DNA of 64,000 nucleotides from a virus. This document shows, in pieces, positions 36,301 through 43,900 of this stretch (position 1 is the stretch's first letter; each line of letters starts with the position of its first letter). The position numbers were made by a program, and so were the translations under genes. The stretch is from the IMG/VR virus record IMGVR_UViG_3300013132_000028, positions 32,001 to 96,000 of that record, one strand, 5' to 3'. The notes under the pieces were generated by a model, which made no database searches, was not told the origin of the DNA, and was given only the letters and a program-made list of their open reading frames with translations.

Positions 36301-36560
36301 TCGCGCAGCGCCTGGTACTCTCTGATAGAGAAGGACAGTCCTCGCGTGCGGTCCAGCGACCTGCGTACTACTGTCATGGCCGCGCGTTTCGTGACGCGAC
36401 GTTCTGGCAGCACCTTTGGATTCTCGTTGGCTAAGTACGCCAACACGCTGTTGTACAGCAGCTGCGCCTGCTTTTGTACGGTGAGTCGCTGTGGTCTCTT
36501 GGCCGTGGCCGCTTTTTTGTCGATGGCGTTTACGAGCTTGTTTAGTATGTCGCTGCTCAC
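27387..36560 (-). CDS. Giant multi-domain head-associated protein (HipA/PI-kinase-like, WYL, ADP-ribosyltransferase-like domains)
   Basis: 3057 aa. Kinase GSNEGG..YYVK..NEVLA..DAWLANWD..DN..RVD.GG; WYL-like KFVYNGKERTVRP..LVAED..KNF; C-terminal H..GL..DY.F..ELMF. Confidence 0.8.
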   Translation of the reverse strand: MSSDILNKLVNAIDKKAATAKRPQRLTVQKQAQLLYNSVLAYLANENPKVLPERRVTKRAAMTVVRRSLDRTRGLSFSIREYQALRDLGTFISMSQNPSNKTATFAENTDLLPLSHPLCSRTHSMTASALRQARGRWLSTDPRLEDDLRTVVASAFGAPVGTPAQVHAVAQLQSVIGRFVPNDVLSVEAQTIVAALKDGNSSAARRARAMLQRRDSEGQFAEMGGGLRWLLKAADGLVSWVTGRTVAADVDTDTFDVQTPDGKIYRVPAQATSGVKAVLKPSVDVDKKGEARYSSKDKVLTEADIKLVEAPAGFRVYKDTLQGRTTYMSTDDEYAVTKVDKPDQSLKDTIAEIRKHNESQESLEPDKREVRELIGDGENGAWDKQKPYYIATRMDQDSNGKPKLVPIGVAQNWADTQKIIKTDEPRLDKSVEEREVKARLKSDTWDAWQVKVDKFNEQAKALHAEHVAERMAMLKKQAADRIDNQGNPLEPGWSAVTPDEKNVRPPSEVVSIPGMYKDSGMGKELNPLDPGQGELFDADPTPKKYDVNDTEFVKNNALELSDGGDIVVARLEQNEDGSLRAPYVFGQSDGLEFKTFKDRPEFIEALKQSAAEKRAKLVKTLEEIGAEQKTIDAVKAESARRADIVEALAKDAKVDDIRQRAADAAWADKQSPDEKSVVKLSERLQNGNLWSSTEIDEMVAGKPRLDGPEDVEKPAAPQQQKKTVPTESKPFSYSVPSTAYKMNLETFSPEGPAEGQESSDYTDDPVEIGNRYAEAELRESLAKALINKQSEFDAYADEDFDSDIDDFDPDEMMDEDAPKKPGPKPKSKKKQAADSGVKTMDKDTAPASGFGMLEFNAGSEYVPAEALYKALEEQGVDAELYVAQLYDAKLGENKNVKALLDSRKGEETVGQESPDLADVFPTQADLDEMDSVKILSEGNDKLQIDETNEEQAKTFELSTAMNAYKKQYNEKIAAGEVDEATEAVYNDFIGADPGDKDYITQLEKHFDQDKFGSADDPFRAVWGSWMMEGPDNGQKRVNPALRQYAQDTLGMDEDEANDFTEGVIDAYGNPGELEEAIAAIEAEPELFNSSDAKYATAQALLKMSAVNSGTNATKVWKSYDLSDDQGFADALSEEGNVVSFPPDSWKKATGDIDDVLEGKSGDGTFVVVIDEGNGTSTPIGEERELVWGQYAVESVVDKDGRRIVRLRKLTPAENISINEDGNYLPYLIPNESIDLPEGYNLPDTDAYASEYNGADGNEVAAGFPEGFTDSPLYIADNWDTETLIDSLRIAVEPDLEEESAGYAILEYPLDGGTDILVSGQAIRDALQIQGVNTNLFFRDLAGTGDEVAPPSEEDVARQNKPALSKSKNPTGAIGTSVGSSFDITGWKKVGNQLGSNEGGTYEAPDGSKYYVKTPKSPLHAGNEVLASALYRRADVDGADTFFGVDEAGNMVTVSPILPDAKPDMAKKIDEPSYKKALQNGFAVDAWLANWDVAGLAMDNVVSVDGKPNRVDTGGALLMRAMGKPKGELFGDKADEWETLRDPDMNPQAAKIFGDMTEPELKASASKLLDITRADIDSLVAAAFPDEPVLQKTVADKLEMRRMDILERAGLTDKDTTVTVKNLKDAPAPADEDELTPGDAYVIAEDFADETLDAIKMYREQTDLPVEDLDLKEKLDELEKTVQQKKPVDNPGDIAEIQDEVEKVADYMQEKHGKGGEFKSIAENLRIAGDVAKKDKIDVVKSPVITAEEVDTSKYAKKAGDTQWFDDANPPKLSDDGNFVEVTLNDIGGDMPRFGGDEGPVDLAERGVPYIVAEGTAQDNTYDIQVRVPLDKMDEFTETWNELRQADLGPYTQAPAGYYEKPENFFGDVYRNAKADASAPKPEKLAVETPAEGSSPVGKSLSADGKTPIAAGMKVKSTKTGEVGVVSKLDVYKKKGVVFPDYAWVKFDGKKDKQLKTTKTLQIVDDGGFPEGGPGGGEPDTPAPTTPAPSSEPAVPLSPEPAPTAADDAVVLKTSETLEALHDQISKAIKDKKLLKFVYNGKERTVRPLNSWDNPKTGTKNLVAEDLGDGGKKKNFSTHLIESSASASADPVKPKPAELSAEQKYTAPPEPQLGTTDSYKVTNINDTTTFVSGSYFLNETVEYTPKELTELLGKPYEYGSGDKVQQEWSMRFESPDGAAIFARLYDWKTPDSLDPDKKYDWHIGGNNAKAVELVKNLLEAKKKEKSGAAEPKSSTTKTPVGNPALALDKKDLDNPELYEKKDTKVENLKVGDYIPYGSGWARVSSHGAAYNKGKKTHKFRMFLQHTNGNQQYVEYSGKTVIKSTRSPKSGTEINTPQPTVPNPPPPPSSSSQSESPLKSYTPDEWADATKKTVANNEIDFGPFDTNSALKYGALAAKNYIEEFTRYNALETTKEKSQIDYVAYSQYSGVFIVGVKDQPKPGIITSDGKITVASETNEYYKDNPHFQHVQADSPHATWLGLAFEKDDLAPIKDQFAPPPGANQKFKKDRFNNWLYKGVTVTDANGDEGVIYGFPGAKGYENYVQVQFLDGSKKVRSVDKVTGGRLFDQTKLTEAGPGVNVPELDDPDLASVDWSQSELTGAGVKSLVDAVAHVQSSPAAGARGRSAAVDAGDVEDLDVHMMTIVDGDKTYTRASFKLTSWAGDDLVAELLKKVPNTDEYDLLINQGIRMPKMRRNADGSMAIVKSGSQMDVEYSSSYNETTTYVITDKITGAVIRVYRANRDSKPVSSLNTSREGLAFHNRVEVLVPEQQDATSTANAIARGMKLGGVRAPRPATKEDVRVLAENRLISIFGKEIDPAKNVVGAARKAKLKAIEKLLGLPYEQMWLNLDTPAYDLNDRLSYRTSNAIAEYMVKKTETGAITHSFGIKGANNADSAAQEMFNLLMLEDGLKATSVRWTEGIGGQGDSSDADIRTGGADYLFTKPKATMKPYSVAADSHAYFHFDPLKLYSRLDFWANFKDQYGKRMKETDPIGEIKPAKPTSGSGTYELMFKNGISWADLAIISVSPAVRERLVKMLLDNGVPPEKYGASSWDDLIPVKK

Positions 36561-37357
36561 TGTGCCACCTCCTGTCTCGGCAGTAGGTCTAGGTCCTTGG
36601 AGGCGGTGCTCAGCTCAGCCAGTGCCAGTGCACGCTCGAACGGAGACTCTCCGTCTCGTACGGCGCGTAGCCAGGCCGCTCTGATGGCCGGCTCGGCTTG
36701 GTAGCCTAGTCCAGAAAACTCTGTCAGGGCGAGGACTGCTTGCTCTGGGTTCTCGTACTCACTCGGCTCTAGCAGCACGACAGAAAGTTCATCGGTCCAC
36801 GCTACTTCGGCCGAAGCAAGTATCGAGTTGCTTTTCTTGGTCGAACGCGGGTGCTTTGCAGGAAGCAAGTCGTTGTCAGTGGTGTAGTTCGCGTTCTTTG
36901 GCCTGCCGCTCCTCAGCAGTTTTAGAAAAGCGTTGACCCTAGCTGCGGCCCACTGGTCGCGCGTCATGCCTGGACGGTGACTGCCGGAGAATGCTCCTGC
37001 GCCGCGTCTGTACACTGCCTTGAGCATAGCGCTTGACGCCTTGCGTCCCTCCGGTGCCTTCTCGTTGTGCTTGCGTACTTTCTCGGCGAGCATGGCTTCA
37101 GTCCGCTTTGAAAACTTAATTGACTTTGACTTTTTTGCGGTGGCAGACTTTGGCTTGTTTTTACTGGAGCCACGTACGCGCTCGCTGCGCTTTGCCTTCG
37201 GATGACGCTTGCCGACGGCCAGTTTCTCGATGTTCGAGGCTTCGTCTGGCACGCAGTTAGGAACTAGCTTTCCGTTTTTTCTTTTCATTCCGACTTGTTT
37301 GTAGCCCTTCCAACACGGCTTGGCGGCGCTCACGATGCTCTCTTCTTCGTACGACAC
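36557..37357 (-). CDS. Modular head-associated protein
   Basis: PCWKGYKQVGMK..VPNCVP module and basic VYRRGAGAF..SHRP..QWA.ARVNAFL module; directly after portal. Confidence 0.7.
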   Translation of the reverse strand: MSYEEESIVSAAKPCWKGYKQVGMKRKNGKLVPNCVPDEASNIEKLAVGKRHPKAKRSERVRGSSKNKPKSATAKKSKSIKFSKRTEAMLAEKVRKHNEKAPEGRKASSAMLKAVYRRGAGAFSGSHRPGMTRDQWAAARVNAFLKLLRSGRPKNANYTTDNDLLPAKHPRSTKKSNSILASAEVAWTDELSVVLLEPSEYENPEQAVLALTEFSGLGYQAEPAIRAAWLRAVRDGESPFERALALAELSTASKDLDLLPRQEVAQ

Positions 37358-37359
37358 GT

Positions 37360-39147
37360 CTAGGCCTTTGGCTCAGTTGGCAGTTCACCTGGGTCGGGTG
37401 CCTGTGCTGGCTCCCGTTCCGCCGGTGGTGCTACGTCTGTTGTCGGCTCCTCTGTCGTTTCTGTCGCTTCTGGTTGTGTTGCTCCTCGTGCAAGGTCCAT
37501 GACTCGTTGTACGTCTGCAGGCAAATCTTCGGTGGCGTTACCACGAACTCTGGCCATGGTGTCCGGTGTAAACACTGTAAGCATGGCTTCTGTAAGCTCT
37601 GGAGTAATCTGACCCTTCTCTACTAGTATGCGAAGCGCTACCTCTGTCTCCGACGGTGCGTCGGCGCTTGAAAAGCCGTGAGCGCTGCGCCAAGCGTCTC
37701 CAGAAATAATGTGTCGGTCGTAGCCTAGATCTGCGTCTGATGCGCGGTCGTTGCGCGTGGACACGGCGCTCGGGTCATACCAAATAGTTAGCTTGTCTAC
37801 CTCTGACGGAGTGTACCCATTGCTGATTAGGTACGGTCTGAAGTACACTACGGTGAGCGCGTCTACAATCAGCAGCATCAGCGGCTCGATGTGGGCTTTG
37901 TACATAGACTCGTCGATCTGCAGCGCGTTTGAGTACTTGATGTTTGCCATGCCGGTGACTACGTCCTTAGGAATGTCAATACCCTGCAAGATACGCTCCA
38001 GCACTCTGTCGGCACGCTGAGCCAGCTCAGGGTCAAACGAGCGCTCAAACTTGAACTGCTTGATCTTGTCGCCGAGCTCTGCAGGTCCGCGAATGATGAG
38101 CGGAACGACTGCGCTGGCGGAGTCCTCGTCGCGGATTGGCGTGGTCATCGCGTCGATGAGCTGGTCCTCGAACTCGTCTTCTGCTTCCTGCGTGACTGCT
38201 CCCGGGTTGAGCAAGTCGTCGTCAATTACGTCCGGGTCACCGCTGGCGGCGACGGACAAACCGTCTGGTAGGTACAGTGCTCCAGCGTTTAGGCGCGAAC
38301 GAGCTGTGGCACGAAATGTTCTGTTTAGCAGTAGCAGCTCAGCGCAGAGATCGAGCATGCCGCGTAGGCTGGAGTCTGCCTCGTCGGAGAAGCGAGGGTG
38401 TGCTCTCCAAATGCGTCCGACAAACGCGTTGCCAGGTAGCTCATAGCCGCCTCGTCTCGAGCCGGCCTGTCCACCGCCCATCTGCTCACGACGGCTGATG
38501 AGTGAGAATGATCTGTTCTTGTTGGTGACGGCGACCACCTCGTCGGTGCTTTTAATGTCCCAAGACTCTGGAATACCGGAACCAGGTCTAGCCGGTACCT
38601 GTACTAAATAGCACTCGCCACAAACACTGAGATTCAGCGCTGCGTCTCGCAGTAAACCAGGTTGACCACCGTACGCGGAGTCCAGGCGGGTGATTGCGCG
38701 CTCCGCCGCCATTGCTAGGTTTTTGTCTACACTTTGTACGTCTCTCACTGACTTAGGCGCCTCTGACGGATCGTCGATTATTGCGGGATAGAGACGAATA
38801 CGCGAGATTACTGAGGCCACTAGATTGAAGGCGTACTTGATCTCGCCGATGGCGTCGTAGTACTCCCACGCTTCTCTCTGCCAAGCAGAGCTGGCGGAGT
38901 TGCGGCGAAGTCTAAATTGTTCGTACTCGTCGCGGCTGTTCATCTTTACCTGCACCGCAGCCGCGGTCATTACACGCGGTGAGTTAAAGGGCCCTGCCGT
39001 TGCCGGAGAAAGAAATATAGACGACAGTCCTCTTGAACTGGGAATGACTGTGTTAGAAATAGTTTTGTCAGCCGCGGAAGATGCACGCAAAGAAACGGCC
39101 GATGTCGTAGGTTCGTCAGAGCTTGGAGTACGTCTGAATATGCTCAA
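37360..39147 (-). CDS. Portal protein
   Basis: WQREAWEYYD.IGE, RIWRAHP..ADS, RSRL..G.L.LP, SA.VP.II, LTIWYD; TTG start with AGGAG RBS. Confidence 0.88.
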   Translation of the reverse strand: MSIFRRTPSSDEPTTSAVSLRASSAADKTISNTVIPSSRGLSSIFLSPATAGPFNSPRVMTAAAVQVKMNSRDEYEQFRLRRNSASSAWQREAWEYYDAIGEIKYAFNLVASVISRIRLYPAIIDDPSEAPKSVRDVQSVDKNLAMAAERAITRLDSAYGGQPGLLRDAALNLSVCGECYLVQVPARPGSGIPESWDIKSTDEVVAVTNKNRSFSLISRREQMGGGQAGSRRGGYELPGNAFVGRIWRAHPRFSDEADSSLRGMLDLCAELLLLNRTFRATARSRLNAGALYLPDGLSVAASGDPDVIDDDLLNPGAVTQEAEDEFEDQLIDAMTTPIRDEDSASAVVPLIIRGPAELGDKIKQFKFERSFDPELAQRADRVLERILQGIDIPKDVVTGMANIKYSNALQIDESMYKAHIEPLMLLIVDALTVVYFRPYLISNGYTPSEVDKLTIWYDPSAVSTRNDRASDADLGYDRHIISGDAWRSAHGFSSADAPSETEVALRILVEKGQITPELTEAMLTVFTPDTMARVRGNATEDLPADVQRVMDLARGATQPEATETTEEPTTDVAPPAEREPAQAPDPGELPTEPKA

Positions 39148-39254
39148 GTTTTTCTCCTGCACGGTCGTTTGGGCACGGAGTATGACGTCTGTCCCGGAGA
39201 ACAATTTTCATACGCGGTGATGCGGCAATCATACACGCAAAATGGGCAGTGCTA

Positions 39255-39542
39255 CTACAGTTTTTGAACCTCGTGCAGCGTCCTCGCCAGGTCGGCTATG
39301 TCCTCGAGTGAGAGCACCACGGCCACTTCTGGCCCGGCCATCTCCTCTATCTGGTCCAGCAGGGGAGAGAGCTCCTCCCGGCTGAGACCGCTCCTTTGGC
39401 AGAGGTATCTCTGCATTTCTTCCAGCACCCTGGCCAGGTTGTTCTGCACGTCGTCTATGGACATCTGTATCAGCTCCAGCCTGAGCTTCATGTCCTCTAC
39501 ACTGTCCTGCTTGTCATACTTCCAGGCATCATCGTGGTGCAT
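39255..39542 (-). CDS. Hypothetical coiled-coil protein
   Basis: ORF upstream of portal. Confidence 0.5.
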   Translation of the reverse strand: MHHDDAWKYDKQDSVEDMKLRLELIQMSIDDVQNNLARVLEEMQRYLCQRSGLSREELSPLLDQIEEMAGPEVAVVLSLEDIADLARTLHEVQKL

Positions 39543-39594
39543 ATTCAGCCTCGTTTCCCCCGGATGTTTGGCTTCCAGATGGTATTATTTTAGT

Positions 39595-40224
39595 ATGACG
39601 TGTATAGTCGCAGTTACGGCAGCAGGCCGAGTTATTATGGCGGCCGAGCGAGGCAACAGCGACGACTCGCTTATAGTATCGTCTTTAGATTCAAAGATCG
39701 TTACCCGCGGTGAGTTTCTTTTTGGCTACTCGGGCAGCACAGGGGTCGGGCAAGCGTTTCAATACGGATTTACGATACCACCGATAAAGAACAGAAAAAA
39801 CATCACTGCGCACATGGTAAGCGTGGTCGTACCTGCTATGCGCGAGTTCTACAGAGAAAACAGCCTCAGCTGGACCGGGGACCCGAAGGAGGACGACGGG
39901 TGCACTCTGCTCTTTGGTGTGTCCGGAAGAATATACGAGTGTGACCTTTCTGACTTCCAGATGGTTGAGTACAAGGAGCTGGCCATCGGCTCTGGCGGCA
40001 ACTACGCCCTGGGCTCACTCTACTCCACTAAGCACATAAAAGACCCAAAAATCCGTCTGCGGCTAGCGGTAGAGGCCGCCATCGAGTACAGTCCCTCCTG
40101 CCGAGGACCGATAGACTACTTCTACGAAAACCCGTCCAAGGTCCGCAGGAAAAAAAGTACGAAGACTAAAACTGGTAAAAATAAAAAATCAAAAGGTCAG
40201 GCGTCTAAATCTAAGTCTTCTTGA
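39595..40224 (+). CDS. Ntn-hydrolase, HslV/proteasome beta-subunit-like protease
   Basis: True start MTCIVAV gives Thr1 after Met removal; SKIV, FGYSGS, AIGSGG.YALGSL; leaderless (TATTAT 6 nt before ATG). Confidence 0.82.
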   Translation: MTCIVAVTAAGRVIMAAERGNSDDSLIVSSLDSKIVTRGEFLFGYSGSTGVGQAFQYGFTIPPIKNRKNITAHMVSVVVPAMREFYRENSLSWTGDPKEDDGCTLLFGVSGRIYECDLSDFQMVEYKELAIGSGGNYALGSLYSTKHIKDPKIRLRLAVEAAIEYSPSCRGPIDYFYENPSKVRRKKSTKTKTGKNKKSKGQASKSKSS

Positions 40225-40314
40225 TTCTTCAGTACGTTCCAGGTAGTCAGGGCAAAGACCACTCCGCCGGCCATCAGTACCAGCAGAACTAGTAGCAGCT
40301 TCTTCAGTCTCATG

Positions 40315-40680
40315 TTATCTGGTGGACGTGACGTTCTGGTAGGGGTTCCAAGCTCTGAGGCGACTGCCGCAGCCACAGTTGTCGTCGCGCTGCCAGGCCA
40401 GCGACTTACCGCTGAGAGTCCTGATGTGGTGCACTCCGTTGCTTTTATTGGCCGGCGCAATCCTGTGCTTGTACTCCTCCTTGAAGATTAGCTCTGGACC
40501 CTGCAGAGAGTCCACTGCGATGGCGACTGTCGTGTCTGTGACGAACACGCGGGCACGGGATACCCGGTACACCCCTTGCGGGAGAGCGTTGTCATTCAGC
40601 TCAAGAGTGCCTAGGGCTTTTGTGTAGGTGTTGTCAGCCAAGACGCAGTTAGCGGGAAAGGTGTCGCTTAGAATACGCAT
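40315..40680 (-). CDS. Hypothetical protein
   Basis: 121 aa ending NCGCGSRLRAWNP. Confidence 0.6.
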   Translation of the reverse strand: MRILSDTFPANCVLADNTYTKALGTLELNDNALPQGVYRVSRARVFVTDTTVAIAVDSLQGPELIFKEEYKHRIAPANKSNGVHHIRTLSGKSLAWQRDDNCGCGSRLRAWNPYQNVTSTR

Positions 40681-40698
40681 TTGTGTTATTCGTCCCTG

Positions 40699-40986
40699 TC
40701 ATTTTTGTGTAAACTCGTAGTGTGCCCACCCTAGCACACTTTTAGCCACCTCGAGTGGTAAAACTATGGTCTGCTCCACGGGGGCGCTGTTGAGAATGTC
40801 GATGGCCTCTTCTGAGGAGCCTGCTAGCAGACAGTCCGCGTAGGCTGGGTCCGCGAGAAGTACGTCGAGCGGTCGTGCCAGGGGAACCTGTGAAGCAGCG
40901 CTGGTGACCGTCGACATAGTTCGTGCACGCGGGTGCTTGGCGTTCGGCTTGTTTATCCAGACGGTGACTACGTAGTTCTTGCTCAA
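40699..40986 (-). CDS. Hypothetical protein
   Basis: Coupled to the upstream HTH gene. Confidence 0.55.
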   Translation of the reverse strand: MSKNYVVTVWINKPNAKHPRARTMSTVTSAASQVPLARPLDVLLADPAYADCLLAGSSEEAIDILNSAPVEQTIVLPLEVAKSVLGWAHYEFTQK

Positions 40987-41504
40987 GTTGGTATCTCCAC
41001 TCTTCTCACCACGGCCCGGTACGAGACGCCCATGGCCTTGGCCACCTCACGCAGAGGAACGCCGCGACTGTACAGGTCTCTCACTATCTCGGTCAGCTCC
41101 TGGTTTGCTCTTGCGTACGGAGAGTCCGGTCTTGTTTTAGAGCGGTAGCGTCTAGCTAGGACAGACAGCTGAGCAAGTGTTTCTAATAGTTCCGGTGGAA
41201 CCCCTGGTGAAATCGGTCTGCGCTTTATGGGTATAGAAGCAGTACGAACCGGGGACGGTGAGGCGGGCATCGGAACCAGGACGGCAACCTCTAGTCCCTG
41301 ATCTCCCCGGGTTATCCAAGAACGAATTGTCGTACGCGCCTTGCTTGGATTAAAAGCATCTGCAATGCTAGACAATGACCAGCCCGCTCTGTACAGCACG
41401 TTGACGCGCTGGTGCAGTTCCTTGTCCTGCAGAGTAGACAGGTATTCCTGTTCTGCAGTCGGCAGAGTCGCCTTTCTCGCTGGCGGTCTAGTTCTATTTA
41501 GCAT
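40983..41504 (-). CDS. Double HTH DNA-binding protein
   Basis: LYRAGWSLSSIA..RTTIRSW and LYSRGVPLREVAKAMGVSYRAV. Confidence 0.75.
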   Translation of the reverse strand: MLNRTRPPARKATLPTAEQEYLSTLQDKELHQRVNVLYRAGWSLSSIADAFNPSKARTTIRSWITRGDQGLEVAVLVPMPASPSPVRTASIPIKRRPISPGVPPELLETLAQLSVLARRYRSKTRPDSPYARANQELTEIVRDLYSRGVPLREVAKAMGVSYRAVVRRVEIPT

Positions 41505-41937
41505 GTTTAGTATCGTACACCTCCTAGATACTTCTGTGCGGCTCAGAGTGTGCGGTGTATTTGTACGATTAAGCTAAAAAAGTGAAGGTTAAGTAAAAAT
41601 GACTTTGCCGCGAGAGAAGGCAGTCCTTACTGTTTTTCGAGCTCCGAAACGTCTCGGCCCCCTGATGCCCTTCAAGCTTGCTCGTTCTTTTTGTTTCGGA
41701 TTCGTGGAACTGCAACCGAGTAGCTGAGCCTAGTGCTTAGTGCCTAGGCTAGGGGGGCGGGGGTATGGCCGGGCTAGTGCTCTTGACTGTGGAGTTGCGT
41801 GCTAGGCTGGCTTCGTCTGGGGACAAGACTAGTGGGCAAGCTTGTTCCCTCTGTCTCTGGGGTTGTAGCTTGGGATGTGGCTACGAGCTATGAGCGCTGG
41901 GCCTTGAGCTGGTTCGAGCTGGCTCGAGCTTGGACAT

Positions 41938-41986
41938 GAAGAAAGCCTGGTCCTAGCTTTCCTCGGGAGAAAGTCTAGGCCAGGCT
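41938..41986 (-). terminator. Intrinsic terminator
   Basis: AGCCTGG-CCTAG-CTTTC stem followed by TTTCTT on the minus strand. Confidence 0.7.
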
Positions 41987-42022
41987 GTCAACTGGTTTTA
42001 CGACTGGCTGTGGCTGGCTGGC

Positions 42023-42616
<594 letters not shown>

Positions 42617-42625
42617 GTGTGTATC

Positions 42626-43258
42626 CTACACCTTCTTTTTGTCGACGATGCACTGCTCGCTTGCACTCGGAAACACGGCCGACCACTCAGCCGCACGCTT
42701 GCCACCGTACGTGGACCAGGCGGACCAGTTGGTTCCAGCCTTGCTCATGTAGTACGTGATGGCGGCGTTGGTCACCGGGTCGAGCAGGTCCCTCGGGTGG
42801 TCGAGGCCGAACTTCTTGACCCGCTCGATGCCGAGGTCGCCTATCATGTTTATCTGAAAAACTCCCATGGAGTTGTCGCCGCTAAGCGCGTTCTTGTTCC
42901 AGGCCAGCGGTCTGCCGTTCGACTCGGCCTTGGCGATGGTCCAGGCTGTCTTCAGGCTCTTGCCCTGGAAACCCACGGCCTCCAGCAGCTGCCGCAGCTG
43001 TACGTCAGTCAGCGGCTCTTTTCTGTCTTTGAATTGGGCCAGGCGCTCTGCGTCTGCCTTCGGTGCCAGCTTGTGCAGCACGTCGCGGACGTAGTCGGCC
43101 GGCATCAGCAGCCGCACGGGGTCTTGCTCGGGCTGCTCTACTGTCTTGCTCTCTGCCCTGAGCACCGTGACGCTCGGGTTCCAGACGGCCAGACACAGCG
43201 CTATCTGTACCAGCAGTATCACTGCCGGCCTTGGCTTCTTGTTCAGGATGTTTCGCAA
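42626..43258 (-). CDS. Lytic transglycosylase / lysozyme-like protein with N-terminal signal or anchor
   Basis: AKAESNG, GVFQIN, DPVTNA, WSAWSTY; TTG start at 43258 after GGAGG; hydrophobic N-terminus. Confidence 0.85.
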   Translation of the reverse strand: MRNILNKKPRPAVILLVQIALCLAVWNPSVTVLRAESKTVEQPEQDPVRLLMPADYVRDVLHKLAPKADAERLAQFKDRKEPLTDVQLRQLLEAVGFQGKSLKTAWTIAKAESNGRPLAWNKNALSGDNSMGVFQINMIGDLGIERVKKFGLDHPRDLLDPVTNAAITYYMSKAGTNWSAWSTYGGKRAAEWSAVFPSASEQCIVDKKKV

Positions 43259-43369
43259 GTTTCCTCCAATGTAGGGGTGGGCAGACGGACGCAGCGTAGT
43301 GCTTGGGGTTCTGCGGCTCATGGGACGCCGATTGCGACGTCGCCTCTGCTTATGCCGACTTGTAGTTGG

Positions 43370-43426
43370 CTATGCTGACTGGTCTCCGACCAAGTTCAAC
43401 AGGTTTGGATGGGACAGGTACTTCAT
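43370..43426 (-). CDS. 18-aa upstream ORF (MKYLSHPNLLNLVGDQSA)
   Basis: AGGAG RBS 5 nt before the ATG; sits in the transglycosylase leader. Confidence 0.4.
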   Translation of the reverse strand: MKYLSHPNLLNLVGDQSA

Positions 43427-43452
43427 TTGTTCTCCTAGTCTTTTCCTCTGCT

Positions 43453-43866
43453 TTAGTTTAGCACGTTGTGAGCTGTAGGAAGGTAAGAAACGCCGGCGTC
43501 CTCGTCAAATTCGAGCAATCGTGCCTCCGCATCCTCTACCTGGTGCATTACCGACCACACGTCGTGGAGGGCGTTCTGGTACTCTACCGGCAGCGTGCTG
43601 ACGCACCTGCCCTTGAAGTTTGTGTAGGTGATGTCGCGAGCGGCATGTGCCACCCAGCGTGCAAATACACTTTGGTCTGTGTGCAGTCTGTACGGGTAGT
43701 CCGCATTCGGCGTGTTGAGAATGTCTACCTCGATTTCTTGCATGGCGAAGATGGCCACCTGCAGCGGCTCAAGCGCTGCTCGGTCACGAGCGCGCACGAC
43801 CAGCTGGCCGGGGTTCTTCGAGTCTGACACCGCAGACACGAAACCTGTTTCGGTGAATATCCACAT
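43453..43866 (-). CDS. Conserved hypothetical phage protein
   Basis: MWIFT..GF.SAV, LVVRAR, DYPYR, Y.NFK. Confidence 0.7.
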   Translation of the reverse strand: MWIFTETGFVSAVSDSKNPGQLVVRARDRAALEPLQVAIFAMQEIEVDILNTPNADYPYRLHTDQSVFARWVAHAARDITYTNFKGRCVSTLPVEYQNALHDVWSVMHQVEDAEARLLEFDEDAGVSYLPTAHNVLN

Positions 43867-43900
43867 AGTTTATACGTCCTTTCGTCTTGTTTCGTCGCGT

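Noticed and set aside
39298-39594. N-terminal 99 aa of the 308-aa ORF
   Set aside because: Antisense to 39255-39542; an Ntn hydrolase needs Thr1, and a -10 box precedes ATG 39595
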